From the NCBI GenBank assembly GCA_965222225.1, contig CBDCTK010000002.1, positions 2,944,001 to 3,008,000 on the forward strand: a DNA stretch of 64,000 nucleotides. The letters run 5' to 3'. Of the stretch, positions 40,349-51,362 are shown in pieces; positions within the stretch are counted from its first letter, which is position 1; each line of letters starts with the position of its first letter. Under the pieces are notes generated by a model. The model was not told the origin of the DNA and made no database searches. It saw only the letters and a program-made list of their open reading frames with translations. The position numbers and the translations under genes were made by a program. This stretch comes from Candidatus Poribacteria bacterium. GTDB lineage: Bacteria > Poribacteria > WGA-4E > JAJDTR01.

Positions 40349-41881
40349 ATGTCAATTAACGAGAGTATGCTGCTGCTTGACGAGGCTCTGATTGACGCGG
40401 AGAGCGGCATTGAACGGGAGGTTCACCCCGGGAAGAAAAGCGATTTTGTCATGGAGCCTGACAGGGATAAGCCGTGGGAGTATTCCGGACCCGGGATGAG
40501 CAAACGCATTCATCTATACGGCACGACGCTTTACGACGATCTCATGGAGAAATACCGGATGTGGTATTTCGCCCGAATGGGACCGCACTGGCGCCAAGAG
40601 GCGGGCAACTATCAGATTCCGGGCTTGTATGTGCCTCGTACCGACGAGAAACCGTACAATTGCAACGGCGTGACTCAGGACAAGTATGGGCGATCCTTTG
40701 TGGACAATGATCGGGGCGACCTGACCTGCTATGGGGAGAGCGATGACGGTATCAATTGGGTCAAACCGAATCTCGGCATTTTTACCTTCGACGGCAGCCC
40801 CGACAACAACATTATTTGGGATCTTCACGGGGCCTCGGTGTTCATCGACCGGGAAGAAGCGGATCCGAACAAGCGATACAAGGCTATCGGTTTTTGCCGC
40901 CGCTACCGCAACATCTTCCTCATCACATCGCCGGACGGTATCCATTGGGATGACAAGGACAATATCGAGCCTGTCTCGGATCGCGGGAATGAGGGCACGT
41001 TCAATGTGATTTGGGATCCCCACAGCAAAATATTCCGAGCGTATTCGATTGTTCGGTTCGATGACAAAGACAAACGCCGAGTCATTTGCTATACCGAAAG
41101 CCCCGCTCTCGAAGGACCATGGAAGGACTCGCTGCCCATGCTAGAGCCGACGCATTGGGACGACGAGGTCGGACGCCGCAAATACGGTGCACTGCGCGCC
41201 GAATTCCACAATCTGTCCGGTTTTCGGTACAACAACCTATATCTCGGCTTGGTGGGAGCGCTGTACGTGACGGCGGAGCAGATTCCCGGACAAAAGAATC
41301 AGATGCCGTGCGATGGGCCAATCGATTCGCAAATCGTGTACAGCCGTGACGGGATAAATTGGGCGCACGCCGACCGCGAACGGACGGCGGTCATTCCTCG
41401 CGGCGAAGGAGACGCCTTTGACCGGGGCATGATTATCGGAACCGCCAAGGAGCCGATAATCAAGGGAGACGAGGTTCACTGGTACTACACGGGCTGCGAG
41501 CACACGCACGGCGAGGCCGATATGGAAAAGCGTGTCAAGCGCTTGGCGCGCGCCACGTGGCAACGGCACCGGTTCGTCGCGCTGAGCGCACAAGACGACG
41601 GTGTGGTCACAACCAAGACGGTGCCTCTGCCTGAAGATGCGGCTGGTTTGGAAGTAAATGCAGACGCCGAAGGCGGGCAGGTGTGCGTGGAGCTTTGCGG
41701 AGCGGATGGACGGGTTTTGGACGGGTTCTCTCGGGAGGAATGTCTCCCGTTGAACAGTGATAACCTGCGGTGGCGGGTCGGATGGAAAGCCGGCGATATT
41801 TCAACAATCCACGGGGATGTGAAACTTCGGTTCCTACTGAATCGGAGCAAGATATACAGTTTCACATTTCGTAATCGGTAA
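40349..41881 (+). CDS. Beta-propeller glycoside-hydrolase-like protein (paralog 1)
   Basis: ESDDGINWVKP, SPDGIHW and YSRDGINW repeats; GAGGAG RBS. Confidence 0.72.
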   Translation: MSINESMLLLDEALIDAESGIEREVHPGKKSDFVMEPDRDKPWEYSGPGMSKRIHLYGTTLYDDLMEKYRMWYFARMGPHWRQEAGNYQIPGLYVPRTDEKPYNCNGVTQDKYGRSFVDNDRGDLTCYGESDDGINWVKPNLGIFTFDGSPDNNIIWDLHGASVFIDREEADPNKRYKAIGFCRRYRNIFLITSPDGIHWDDKDNIEPVSDRGNEGTFNVIWDPHSKIFRAYSIVRFDDKDKRRVICYTESPALEGPWKDSLPMLEPTHWDDEVGRRKYGALRAEFHNLSGFRYNNLYLGLVGALYVTAEQIPGQKNQMPCDGPIDSQIVYSRDGINWAHADRERTAVIPRGEGDAFDRGMIIGTAKEPIIKGDEVHWYYTGCEHTHGEADMEKRVKRLARATWQRHRFVALSAQDDGVVTTKTVPLPEDAAGLEVNADAEGGQVCVELCGADGRVLDGFSREECLPLNSDNLRWRVGWKAGDISTIHGDVKLRFLLNRSKIYSFTFRNR

Positions 41882-41898
41882 ACGGGGAGTTCCATTTG

Positions 41899-43431
41899 AT
41901 GTCAATTAACGAGAGTATGCTGCTGCTCGACGAGGCACTGATCGACGACGAGAGCGGCATTGAACGAGAGATCCAGCCCGGGAAGAAAAGTGCATTTGTC
42001 ATGGAGCCTGACAGGGATAAATCGTGGGAGTATGGCGGGGCTGGAATGGGCAAATGCGTTTGCATTTACGGAACGACGCTTTACGATGATCTCATGGGGA
42101 ACTACCGGATGTGGTACGCCGGTCGAATGGGACCGCACTGGCGCTATGAGGGCAGCAACTATCAGATTCCCGGCTTGTACGTGCCTCGCACCGACGAGAA
42201 ACCGTACAATTACAACGGCGTAACTCAGGACAAATACGGACGAACTTTTGTGGACAATGACCGCGGCGACCTGACCTGCTATGCGGAGAGCGACGACGGA
42301 ATCAACTGGGTCAAACCAAATCTCGGCATTTTTACCTTTGACGGCAGTCCTGACAACAATATCATCTGGGATCTTCACGGCGCCTCGGTGCTTATCGACC
42401 GTGAAGAGCCGAATCCGGACAAAAGGTACAAGGCTATCGGCTTTTGTCGCCGCTACCGGAATATATTTCTCATCACGTCACCGGACGGCATCCGCTGGGA
42501 CGACAAGGACAACATCGAGCCTGTCGCACTTCGTGAGAACGAGGGCACGTTCAATGTGATTTGGGATCCTCATAGCCGGATATTTCGGGCGTATTCGATT
42601 GTTCGGTTCAATGACAGTGACAAGCGCCGGGTTATCTGTTATACTGAAAGTCCTTCTCTCGAAGGGCCTTGGAAGGACTCGCTGCCCATGCTGGAGCCCA
42701 CCCACTGGGACGATGAGATCGCGCGCCGAAAATTCGGCGCTCTGCGTGCGGAATTTCACAATCTGTCCGCCTTTCGTTACAATAACCTGTATCTCGGCTT
42801 GGTGGGCGCTCTGTATGTGACAGGGGAGCAGATTCCCGGAGAGAAGAACCAGATGCCGTGTAACGGACCGATTGATTCGCAAATCGTGTACAGCCGGGAT
42901 GGGATAAATTGGGCGCACGCCGACCGGGAGCGGACGCCGGCAATTCCTCGCGGCGACGCGGGCTCATTCGACAGCGGCATGATCGCCGGAACCGCCAAGG
43001 AGCCGATAATAAAGGGAGACGAGGTTCACTGGTACTACACCGGTTGTGATTACACGCACGGCGAAGTTGATCTGGACAAGAAGATGACCCGCGTGGGACG
43101 CGCCACGTGGCAACGGCACCGGTTCGTCGCGCTGAGCGCACAAGATGACGGTATGGTTACCACCAAGCCGGTGGCTTTACCTGCTGATGCGGATCATTTG
43201 GAAGTGAACGCGGATGCCGGAGGCGGGCAGGTGCGAGTCGAACTTTGCGGCGCGGATGGAAGGGCTTTGGAGGGGTTCTCTCGGGAGGAATGTCTCCCGT
43301 TGAGCACCGATGACCCGCGGTGGCGGGTCAGATGGAACGCCGCCGATATTTCAACAATCCACGGGGATGTGAAACTTCGGTTCCTACTGAATCGGAGCAA
43401 GCTGTACAGTTCCACATTCCGTAAGGGGTAA
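41899..43431 (+). CDS. Beta-propeller glycoside-hydrolase-like protein (paralog 2, tandem duplicate)
   Basis: Colinear and highly similar to 40349-41881. Confidence 0.72.
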   Translation: MSINESMLLLDEALIDDESGIEREIQPGKKSAFVMEPDRDKSWEYGGAGMGKCVCIYGTTLYDDLMGNYRMWYAGRMGPHWRYEGSNYQIPGLYVPRTDEKPYNYNGVTQDKYGRTFVDNDRGDLTCYAESDDGINWVKPNLGIFTFDGSPDNNIIWDLHGASVLIDREEPNPDKRYKAIGFCRRYRNIFLITSPDGIRWDDKDNIEPVALRENEGTFNVIWDPHSRIFRAYSIVRFNDSDKRRVICYTESPSLEGPWKDSLPMLEPTHWDDEIARRKFGALRAEFHNLSAFRYNNLYLGLVGALYVTGEQIPGEKNQMPCNGPIDSQIVYSRDGINWAHADRERTPAIPRGDAGSFDSGMIAGTAKEPIIKGDEVHWYYTGCDYTHGEVDLDKKMTRVGRATWQRHRFVALSAQDDGMVTTKPVALPADADHLEVNADAGGGQVRVELCGADGRALEGFSREECLPLSTDDPRWRVRWNAADISTIHGDVKLRFLLNRSKLYSSTFRKG

Positions 43432-43444
43432 ACCAAGGAGTGAG

Positions 43445-44272
43445 ATGATGGAAAACAAACAGAACTCCGGATCGCAGCCGGGGTATGTGCAGGCAGGGAA
43501 GATTGATCTCTCTGGGAAGGTGGCGTTGGTCACCGGCGGCGGGCGCGGTATCGGCGCCACGATTTCGTTAGTGCTGGCGCAGGCGGGCGCGGATATCGCC
43601 ATCAACTATAGCAAAAGCCGTGAGGAGTCCGAGAGGATTCAGGGCAAGATCGAAGCAATGGGTCGGCGCGCCGTTACGATTGGCGCGGATGTCGGGGATA
43701 CCGGACAGTGCAGGGAATTGGCTCAAGGGGCAATTGAGGCGTTCGGGAGAGTGGATATCCTAGTGAACAACGCGGGGATGGGGCAGCCGCACAAGATTGT
43801 CGATACTCCCGACGAGGAATGGGACCGCGTGATGAACGTCAATGCTCGCGCCATGTTTGCGCTTGCCCGCGAACTGCTGCCGGGCATGATGGAGCGGAAG
43901 TTTGGGCGCGTCGTCTCGATTTCGTCAAATATCGCGGTGTACGGGCGAGGCGGCGGCTCTTTCGCCACTTACGGCGCGTCGAAGGCGGCGATGATTGCGC
44001 TGACCAAGGGGATTGCCCATGAGGGTGGACCTTATGTCACGGCAAACGCTATCTGCCCGGGGCCGACGAATAAAGATTTGGCGGAAGACAGAGCGACGCC
44101 GATAGCGATTCAGGAGGATGAACCGTTGAGTTGGCTCGGGATCCCGTTTTTGGTCGGTCGGAGAGGGACGGCGGAGGATGTCGCTCATGCCGTGAGTTTT
44201 TTCGCGTCGGACGCCGCGGAGTTTGTCACCGGGCAAACGTTGCATGTGAGCGGGGGGTTGTTCATGCCGTAG
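43445..44272 (+). CDS. Short-chain dehydrogenase/reductase (FabG-like)
   Basis: TGGGRGIG, NNAG and YGASK. Confidence 0.9.
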   Translation: MMENKQNSGSQPGYVQAGKIDLSGKVALVTGGGRGIGATISLVLAQAGADIAINYSKSREESERIQGKIEAMGRRAVTIGADVGDTGQCRELAQGAIEAFGRVDILVNNAGMGQPHKIVDTPDEEWDRVMNVNARAMFALARELLPGMMERKFGRVVSISSNIAVYGRGGGSFATYGASKAAMIALTKGIAHEGGPYVTANAICPGPTNKDLAEDRATPIAIQEDEPLSWLGIPFLVGRRGTAEDVAHAVSFFASDAAEFVTGQTLHVSGGLFMP

Positions 44273-44409
44273 GCGGCACAGCCGCGGGACGGCGCTTTGT
44301 GGAAGAGTAGGAGTGGAAGGATGGAGGATTTCCTTCCACGCTGTCCCGCTTCTGGTGTCGGAAGGTCGGGAGTCGGAATTCCCTCCTACGGGTGGCACAT
44401 GGTAGGAGC

Positions 44410-44446
44410 GATTAACCGACCGAATAGGAAGGGCGATAGAGTTCCC
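44410..44446. repeat. Hairpin element inserted in a REP
   Basis: gtaggagc[GATTAA-cc-GA-cc-GAATA-gg-AA-gg-GCGATAGAGTTCCC]ctccgaatcacgac. Confidence 0.8.
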
Positions 44447-44541
44447 CTCCGAATCACGACAGCCAAATAATTGGGTTTCGCTAGGCTCAAAGGTTGGTGG
44501 GCAGTGCCCACCCTACGAATGAACAAAGTCGAGATTAGGAT

Positions 44542-45333
44542 GTGCGCGTGAGTAATGCGATGGAAAGTTGGGGGGAGTTCGCCGTTGAGGTAAGGGGGCA
44601 GGCGTTGACGTGTTTGTTGGCGGAACCCAGCGAACTGTCAGACCGTCCGGCGCTGCTGTTGAATTTTGCGACGGACAGAGCGACTACGCTGAAAATGGAG
44701 CCTTATAGCATCACGCCCCGGATGTTCCTTGACGCGGGGCACCGCGCTCTGAGTTTTGGCCTGCCGTGTCACGGCGATCGGGCGGTTCCGGGTCAACCCA
44801 AAGGGATTGCGGGGTTCTGTGCGGAATGGGTGCGCGGCACGGACGTGTTCGCGGGATGTGTCGAAGAGGGGCATGCCGTTATTGATGCGCTGATTGAGCG
44901 CAAGCTTGCCGAACCCGACCGCATCTTTGTTTCCGGCAACTCGCGCGGAGGCTATTGCGCCTTACGTTTGATGGCGGCGGACGAGCGGATCAGAGCCGCG
45001 GCGGCGTTTTCCCCGGTGACGGATTGGCGGGTGTTGAAGGAGTTCGCGTCAGTCAAGAATGCGCCTGAGGTCGCGGATTTGGCGTTGACCTGTTTTTCCG
45101 CCGCGCTTGTTGGACGCACTGTCTGGACGGCAATCGGGAATTGCGACGCGCGGGTTGGAACGGATGCGTGTCTCCGGTTTGCGGAAGCCGTTCTCAGAGC
45201 GGAAGCGGAGGAAGGGTGTTCGTCCTCACAGTTCGTCGTGCACGTCGTGCCGGAGAGGGATCATCAGTTATCCGCCGATTGGCGGCGGCGCGGCGGGGAG
45301 TTTTTGTTGGAGTTACCGAGCGGAGAAGAGTAG
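44542..45333 (+). CDS. Alpha/beta-fold hydrolase
   Basis: GNSRGG nucleophile elbow, D (CDARV) and H (DHQL). Confidence 0.75.
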   Translation: MRVSNAMESWGEFAVEVRGQALTCLLAEPSELSDRPALLLNFATDRATTLKMEPYSITPRMFLDAGHRALSFGLPCHGDRAVPGQPKGIAGFCAEWVRGTDVFAGCVEEGHAVIDALIERKLAEPDRIFVSGNSRGGYCALRLMAADERIRAAAAFSPVTDWRVLKEFASVKNAPEVADLALTCFSAALVGRTVWTAIGNCDARVGTDACLRFAEAVLRAEAEEGCSSSQFVVHVVPERDHQLSADWRRRGGEFLLELPSGEE

Positions 45334-45404
45334 GATTGGAAGGGGGGAAGGATGGAAGAATCCCTTTCATACCATCCGCTGGGGCGGAATGTCGGGAATC
45401 GGAC

Positions 45405-45606
45405 GGGATCTCTATCGATCAAATGAGCGAATAGCGAATGCGATAGAGATCCCAAGGCGATAGCAAATCCGGCTCCTTATTCAGTCGTCTGATGGTCTGG
45501 ATTTGTCAATCCAGCAGTATCAAGCAATTAGGGAGTTTCAGGGAATAGCGATTGTGCGAGATTTTCTATGGGAACGCTATCGCGCTCATTATCCATTCGC
45601 TTGATC
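45405..45606. repeat. Cluster of hairpin elements including an opposite-orientation nested copy
   Basis: Outer 45405-45493, inner 45417-45453, further copy 45558-45606. Confidence 0.8.
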
Positions 45607-45826
45607 GTTGGGTTTCGCTGGGCTCAACCCAACCTATGAACTGTCGCCCTAATAGCGCTTTTAGAGGCTAGTGGGCAGTAAGAGAGGAAATCGACGATTT
45701 GATGATCGTCGATCCCACCCTACAAGGGACTATGGCGTCGGAAGGTCGGGAATCGGAATTCCCTCCTAACAGGGGGCGCGAGATATATCATGTCTATCTA
45801 TGTGTGAATACTCTCTAGGAGTTAAT

Positions 45827-46867
45827 ATGAGCATGAATAGCGAAAGATTATATACCCCGCTTCCGTTTAAGGCGAAGCGTGCCGCAAGTTGGAATCGTGA
45901 AGGATATAACAGGGACGGGAAAATATTTCCCGCCTCTCAAGCAAGCGTTCTCGCGGACATTCCCGGACCGGGGATGATTGTTCACATCTGGTTCGCCCTT
46001 AGTAATGCTTACAACGCTGTTGAGCCGCTTTTTCTGCGGAAGAACAGCTTGGAGTTCTATTGGGATGACAACGAATTCCCTAGCGTGCGGGTGCCGTTCG
46101 GTGACTTCTTTGGAGTCGGGCATGGGACGATTCGGAGTTATTCCTCAGCGTTGTTCGAGATGTCGGTGAATCCCGGTGCGTCAACAGCCGCGTTTAACTG
46201 CTGGGTGAAGATGCCGTTTCGCAAACGCGCCAGAGTGGTCGTCAATAACGAATCCGATGTGGAGATTCGACTCTTTTACTACTTTGATTACCAGGAAATG
46301 GAGAGTCTGCCCGAAAAGTTATACTATTTCCATTCGGGTTGGAGGGCGGAAATGCCGCGTCCGGCGACGCCGTTGATTGACGGGAAGGAGGGCCCCAACC
46401 TCACCGGTGATGACAATTACTGTATCTTGGATACGAGGGGCGAGGGAAATTTTTTGGGATGCAGCCTGAGCGTAGACAACTTCAGCGGCGGTTGGTGGGG
46501 AGAAGGGGATGACATGTTCTTCATTGATGACGAACCGTTTCCCGGCTCACTGCATGGAACCGGCAGCGAGGATTATTTCAACCAAGCGTGGGGCATGCAG
46601 AATTGCTGCTATCCGTATGCGGGGACACCGTTGTTCAACACCGATCACCTGAATTGGGAGGGTCAATGGTCGATGTACCGCTATCATATTCAGGATCCGA
46701 TTCCGTTCACTAAATCGCTGCGAGCCACGATAGAGAACGGTCACAACAACCATCGAAGCGACGATTATTCATCGACGGCGTATTGGTATCAGTATCCGAT
46801 TGTCGAAGCGCTGGAGCTGCCGGAGGTGGAGAAACGCTTGCCCAGACAGCATGAATACCCGAGTTGA
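45827..46867 (+). CDS. DUF2961 / GH172-family glycoside hydrolase
   Basis: GPGMIVHIW, PFGDFFG, WWGEGD, GTGSEDYF and AYWYQ. Confidence 0.88.
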   Translation: MSMNSERLYTPLPFKAKRAASWNREGYNRDGKIFPASQASVLADIPGPGMIVHIWFALSNAYNAVEPLFLRKNSLEFYWDDNEFPSVRVPFGDFFGVGHGTIRSYSSALFEMSVNPGASTAAFNCWVKMPFRKRARVVVNNESDVEIRLFYYFDYQEMESLPEKLYYFHSGWRAEMPRPATPLIDGKEGPNLTGDDNYCILDTRGEGNFLGCSLSVDNFSGGWWGEGDDMFFIDDEPFPGSLHGTGSEDYFNQAWGMQNCCYPYAGTPLFNTDHLNWEGQWSMYRYHIQDPIPFTKSLRATIENGHNNHRSDDYSSTAYWYQYPIVEALELPEVEKRLPRQHEYPS

Positions 46868-46908
46868 GTTGGCAATGATAAAGATGTGTAACGAATTGGA
46901 GGCAGTTC

Positions 46909-48273
46909 ATGGAGCTCTTTTTCGCGACAGTGCTGATGGCGACCATGGCAGGTAACCTGCCCGGAAACCACAGCCAGAACCACATATCCGAACGCGGATT
47001 GCGCCTGCTCTTTTGGGAGCAGGAGGACATTGCCGACCCTTTCGGCAGGATTGAGTTTGGCGCTGAGCCGTTGCAAAATCTTGGGGCCGCGTCCGGCTAC
47101 CCTCACATGCAGTATGGCTGCCAAGCGCCCAGAGCCGAGGGCGGCAGTTTCATCTATGGGTGGCGGGTTCAGAATTGGAGCGATTCGAGCAATCGGGTGC
47201 TTGAGGTCGTTCGATGCGCAACGGAAGACGGACTAACGTTTTTCGATGAACAGGTCGTCTTTTCTCACGGTCAAACCGCTTGGCAGGGGTTCGCAAATAT
47301 CGTTCGTCGTCCGGACGACGGAGCGATATTCCTCTTTTCTTGGGCTGAAGCCCGCCTGTATGTTTTCGGCAGCGATGATGGGGAGAATTTCGCGTTGTTG
47401 ACAAAAGAGGCGTATGTGGGTCACGACGCGATGTGTGTCACCTGGTATTCACCCTTTGGTCAGTTTCTCAATTACCAGACGGTGACACAACCTTACCCGA
47501 AGCGCTATCCTGACAATATTGGAGCCTACCGCCGTGTGCTTTCTTTCCTGCGGTCGGCGGACGGCGTCAACTGGGAATCCTTTTCTCCATCGTTTCTCGG
47601 GAGCCAAGAGCTGTGGCTTCCAGATTCAGCCGATCCTGCGGATCTCGAGTTCTATCGATGTGTGGTGTTTCCCTATCTGGGGCGCTACGCCATGCTACTT
47701 GCCGATTACATGCCACCCCCCGCGGAAGCCAACTCGCGGCGCGCCACCTCGAAGCACGGACCGTCTTATATGGCGGAATGGGCGATTAGCCGAGACGGGC
47801 TAAACTGGAAGCGCACATTTCGAGACACGAACGCATACATGTTTCAGTTCTGGCTGGCAATCCAGGGGCCGCTGGTTCGCGATGGGGTGCTCCGATTCTA
47901 TCATCCGGAGGGTAGAATCGCGGGTCTGCCCTCGGATCGAATCTTCTATGCGACCTGCCGCGCGAACGGTGAATTTTCAACCCCGCCCTTTTCGATGCCG
48001 GCGGGGGGACTGTTTCTCAATGCCTACGCCATGTATCGCGCGGTGGAGCGTCCAAATGGACAGGCTTACATCATGGCGGAGTTGCGTGATGCGGAGGGAG
48101 GAGTGATTGCAGGATATGAACGAACGAAGTGTCTTTTCGAGGATTGTGACGGGAGGGAGTTGCCGTTGGTTTGGGAGGGAAAGAACGGCAGCGAACTCGC
48201 CGGGAAACAAGTGAGGGTGCGTTTGTTCCTGCGAGATGCCAAAATTTATGGCATCACATCAGCCGCCAAATGA
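46909..48273 (+). CDS. Secreted beta-propeller glycoside-hydrolase-like protein
   Basis: SDDG, SADGVNW and SRDGLNW repeats, and a C-terminal sandwich like the paralogs. Confidence 0.62.
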   Translation: MELFFATVLMATMAGNLPGNHSQNHISERGLRLLFWEQEDIADPFGRIEFGAEPLQNLGAASGYPHMQYGCQAPRAEGGSFIYGWRVQNWSDSSNRVLEVVRCATEDGLTFFDEQVVFSHGQTAWQGFANIVRRPDDGAIFLFSWAEARLYVFGSDDGENFALLTKEAYVGHDAMCVTWYSPFGQFLNYQTVTQPYPKRYPDNIGAYRRVLSFLRSADGVNWESFSPSFLGSQELWLPDSADPADLEFYRCVVFPYLGRYAMLLADYMPPPAEANSRRATSKHGPSYMAEWAISRDGLNWKRTFRDTNAYMFQFWLAIQGPLVRDGVLRFYHPEGRIAGLPSDRIFYATCRANGEFSTPPFSMPAGGLFLNAYAMYRAVERPNGQAYIMAELRDAEGGVIAGYERTKCLFEDCDGRELPLVWEGKNGSELAGKQVRVRLFLRDAKIYGITSAAK

Positions 48274-48290
48274 GGCTTGGGTTCTCAAGG

Positions 48291-48404
48291 GATCAAGCGA
48301 CCGAACAGGGAGCGCGATAGCAATCCCATAGAGATTCTCCCAACCCGACCCGCGAGGAGATCTCTATCGGAGTTCTATCGCAGTCATTATTCATTCCTTT
48401 GATC
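48291..48404. repeat. Two hairpin elements in opposite orientations
   Basis: GATCAA-gc-GA-cc-GAACA-gg-GA-gc-GCGATAG and CTATCGC-ag-TC-at-TATTC-at-TC-ct-TTGATC. Confidence 0.85.
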
Positions 48405-48524
48405 CTCCTACGATTACGCACACGCGCAACATAAATGTCAACAATATCTAGTAACTTATTGTGTTTCAATGTTGAGCCTTTGGCTCTTTCACAGTATATG
48501 GTAATACAATTTACGAGGTGAAAT

Positions 48525-49394
48525 ATGGCAAGAATAAACCGAGCAATCGAGTTGCTTGAGCAGGGACAGCCGCTTTACTACACTTCACCCGGGGAACGCA
48601 GCTACGAGGGAGGCATTGAAGCCGTAGGGACATGGGCGGATTATCTCATGTATGATATGGAGCACGGTGTGTATGACATCCCCGCGCTTGAGGATTTCAT
48701 GCGCGGTCTCGTCGCAGGGGGACCGACGCGAAGCGGACACCGCACGCCGACGGTGATTGTGACGCTGCCGACCGACGGCACGAATGAGGATGTCGTGCGT
48801 TCGAATGCGTGGATGATTAAGCAGGTGTTGGCGATAGGTGTCCACGGGATTCTGCTGTGTCATGCGGAAACCGCGGGCGCGGCAAAGGCGCTGGTGGAGT
48901 CGGCACGTTACCCGTTCCAGACGATTGGCGTCGGCGAGGGACTGGATGTCGGACGCCGCGGGGCGGGCGGACAGGGAAGAGCGGCGGAGATTTGGGGCGT
49001 GTCGGTGCAAGAGTACCTCGAACTGGCGGATCCCTGGCCGTTAAATCCGAAGGGCGAGTTAATGTTGGGGTTGAAGGTCGAAAATCAGCGGGCGCTTGCC
49101 AACGTTGAAGCGAGCACAAGCGTGCCCGGCATCGCTTTCGCGGAATGGGGACCGTCCGATATGGGGATGTCGTTCGGGTCTGCACCACCGCACAACGCGC
49201 CGTACCCCGACGATATGCGAAATGCGCGATCGCGAGTCAAGGCGGCCTGCGATGCCGTGAATATCGCCTTTTTGAACAGAACGGCTCCAGACGACGTCAC
49301 CGAGATGATTGACGAGGCGGTCAAAATTGGCGCGGGAGGCGAGGAAGCCGCCGAGATTGGCAGGAAGTACACTAAGCGCACCATGCCGTGGTAG
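48525..49394 (+). CDS. HpcH/HpaI aldolase family protein
   Basis: DMEHG, KQVLAIGVHG, KVE and WGPSDM. Confidence 0.8.
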   Translation: MARINRAIELLEQGQPLYYTSPGERSYEGGIEAVGTWADYLMYDMEHGVYDIPALEDFMRGLVAGGPTRSGHRTPTVIVTLPTDGTNEDVVRSNAWMIKQVLAIGVHGILLCHAETAGAAKALVESARYPFQTIGVGEGLDVGRRGAGGQGRAAEIWGVSVQEYLELADPWPLNPKGELMLGLKVENQRALANVEASTSVPGIAFAEWGPSDMGMSFGSAPPHNAPYPDDMRNARSRVKAACDAVNIAFLNRTAPDDVTEMIDEAVKIGAGGEEAAEIGRKYTKRTMPW

Positions 49395-49452
49395 GACGCG
49401 GTGTGACCGTTGGTTCTGTACGTACTGATTTTCACAACATCGGAGAACTTGC

Positions 49453-50359
49453 ATGGTATTTCCAAAACATGGATTATCGCTTAGAGGTCCCACAGCTTAC
49501 GGGATTCTCGCTTTGGTTCTCTTGATGGGCGCTTGCTTTTCAAGCTGCGATCAACTTCAACGTGTCATTGAATTCGCGGCATCGGAAACGTCTGACGGCG
49601 CAGCTACGGTCAAAATCGGCTTTATTCACAGCCCGCCCGACCCGGGAACAACTCGGAATGGCGCCGAATTGGATGTTGCTCTTGCGAACGAAGCCGAGGG
49701 CGGCGGTGCTCACAGAAACAGGCGACACCTACTCGGAAGGACTATCGACCGCCTTCAACGAACATTTCACCGCGGGAGGCGGCACAATTGCGGTTCACCG
49801 GTTTTATGACACGGGCGCAACAGATTTCACGGAGCAATTGACGGCAATTGCCGCGGTTGAGCCGCCGGTTGATGTCGTTTTCCTCGCCGGCTTTGGCTCC
49901 GAGTTTCCGGTTGCCGTCAAGCAGGCGAAATCCGCCGATTTCGGTATTCGTGCAACCTTCCTCGGCGGCGATGGCTGGGATCGTCCGGACCTAGTTGAAA
50001 TAGGCGGGATGGCGGTTGAAGGGAGTTTTTTTGTGAATCACTTTTCGTCCGGCGGTGACCCGGAACGGTTAAGCGAAGAGGGACGGAAATTTGTAGCCGC
50101 CTATACGGAGATGTTTGGTGTCGCGCCCGACGGGCCTGCGGCGCTTGGATATGATTCCGCCACGATTGTTATTCAAGCGATGCGGCGAGCAACCGACGCA
50201 ACGCCCGCATCAATTCGCGATGAAATTGAGGCGACGCAGGATTACAGCGGCGCAATAACGCTGTCGCATTTCGACGAAAATCGGTATGCCATCAAAAGCG
50301 CGGTCATCAACACCGTGAAAGACGGGGGAATTCAGTTCTATCAAGCGATTGAACCGTGA
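49453..50359 (+). pseudogene. Branched-chain amino acid ABC substrate-binding lipoprotein, internally deleted and frameshifted
   Basis: The N-terminus (VKIG...NGAEL.VALAN) is joined out of frame near 49695 to the C-terminal lobe (AAVL...FLGGDGWD...ALGYD). Confidence 0.75.
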
Positions 50360-50450
50360 TTGTTGTGGGAGGGGATTTCGCTTCCCGTCAATACGTCGCG
50401 ATTCGGAGATCGCTCCTACCGTGCTCGTTATTCACTCGGTTGATGCCAAC

Positions 50451-51362
50451 TTACGTGTTGAGGGCGCTGACGCCGAATTCGGTGTCAAAGTCACGCCAGA
50501 TTTCGGGCGGGATGGGCGCGGTGGCGGCTTCATACCCCTCCTCGACCTGCCGTTTGTCCGCGGGACCGAACATAACGATGCCGTCGATGGGCGCGGCGAG
50601 GCAGAACTGCACCGCCAAGTGACGGATGTTCACGCTCCGCGTTTGACACCATTTCCACATGGCGTGCGCCCTAGGCTTGGCGTCGGGATTCTCTTTTCTT
50701 GCACGGCGGAGTTCATCCTCTCGATTTGGCTCTTCACCGGAGAGTGCGCCCATCCCCATGGGGCTCGCGAGGATTATTCCGACATCATGTTTCCGTGCCA
50801 GCGGCAGCGTGGTTTGGGCAGCCGATTGCTCCAGCAGGGTGTAGTCCAGGAAGGTCAAAACGATGTCGATATGTCCGGTTTCGATGGCGCGTTGATGAAA
50901 TTCGTGTTGACGCACACCGAGACCGAGGTGCCGGATGAGCCCTTCCTCTTTCATCTTTATCAATTCGTCCAAAGCGTGACCGGGGGCGAGGGGATTCTCA
51001 ATGTCAATCGGATCGTGGATTAGGACGGAATCCAGATAGTCCGTCTTGAGGTCCGCGAGGCTGTTCTCCACGCTGCAGCGCGTCGCCGAGGCGGAGAAGT
51101 CTTTCCTGCCCGCTTCCGTCGGCGGACTCACCTTGGCTTGCAGGTAGACTTTCTGGCGCAAGCCACCCTCCAAGGCTTTCCCCCAGCGATCTTCCTGTCT
51201 TCTGGGGTAGGTGTCGATGTAATTGATGCCCAAGTCAATCGCGCGATGAACCGCGTCAATCGTCTCGCGTTCCGAGCCATTAGCCAACCACGCAGCGCCC
51301 AGCCCAAGGGATGCGGGCCGCATCTCGGTGCGCCCCATTCGCCGCGTTTCCAGTCCTGCCAT
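50451..51362 (-). CDS. Aldo/keto reductase
   Basis: LGLG, GINYIDT, SLADLKTDYLD.VLIHD and GLIRHLGLG. Confidence 0.88.
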   Translation of the reverse strand: MAGLETRRMGRTEMRPASLGLGAAWLANGSERETIDAVHRAIDLGINYIDTYPRRQEDRWGKALEGGLRQKVYLQAKVSPPTEAGRKDFSASATRCSVENSLADLKTDYLDSVLIHDPIDIENPLAPGHALDELIKMKEEGLIRHLGLGVRQHEFHQRAIETGHIDIVLTFLDYTLLEQSAAQTTLPLARKHDVGIILASPMGMGALSGEEPNREDELRRARKENPDAKPRAHAMWKWCQTRSVNIRHLAVQFCLAAPIDGIVMFGPADKRQVEEGYEAATAPIPPEIWRDFDTEFGVSALNT

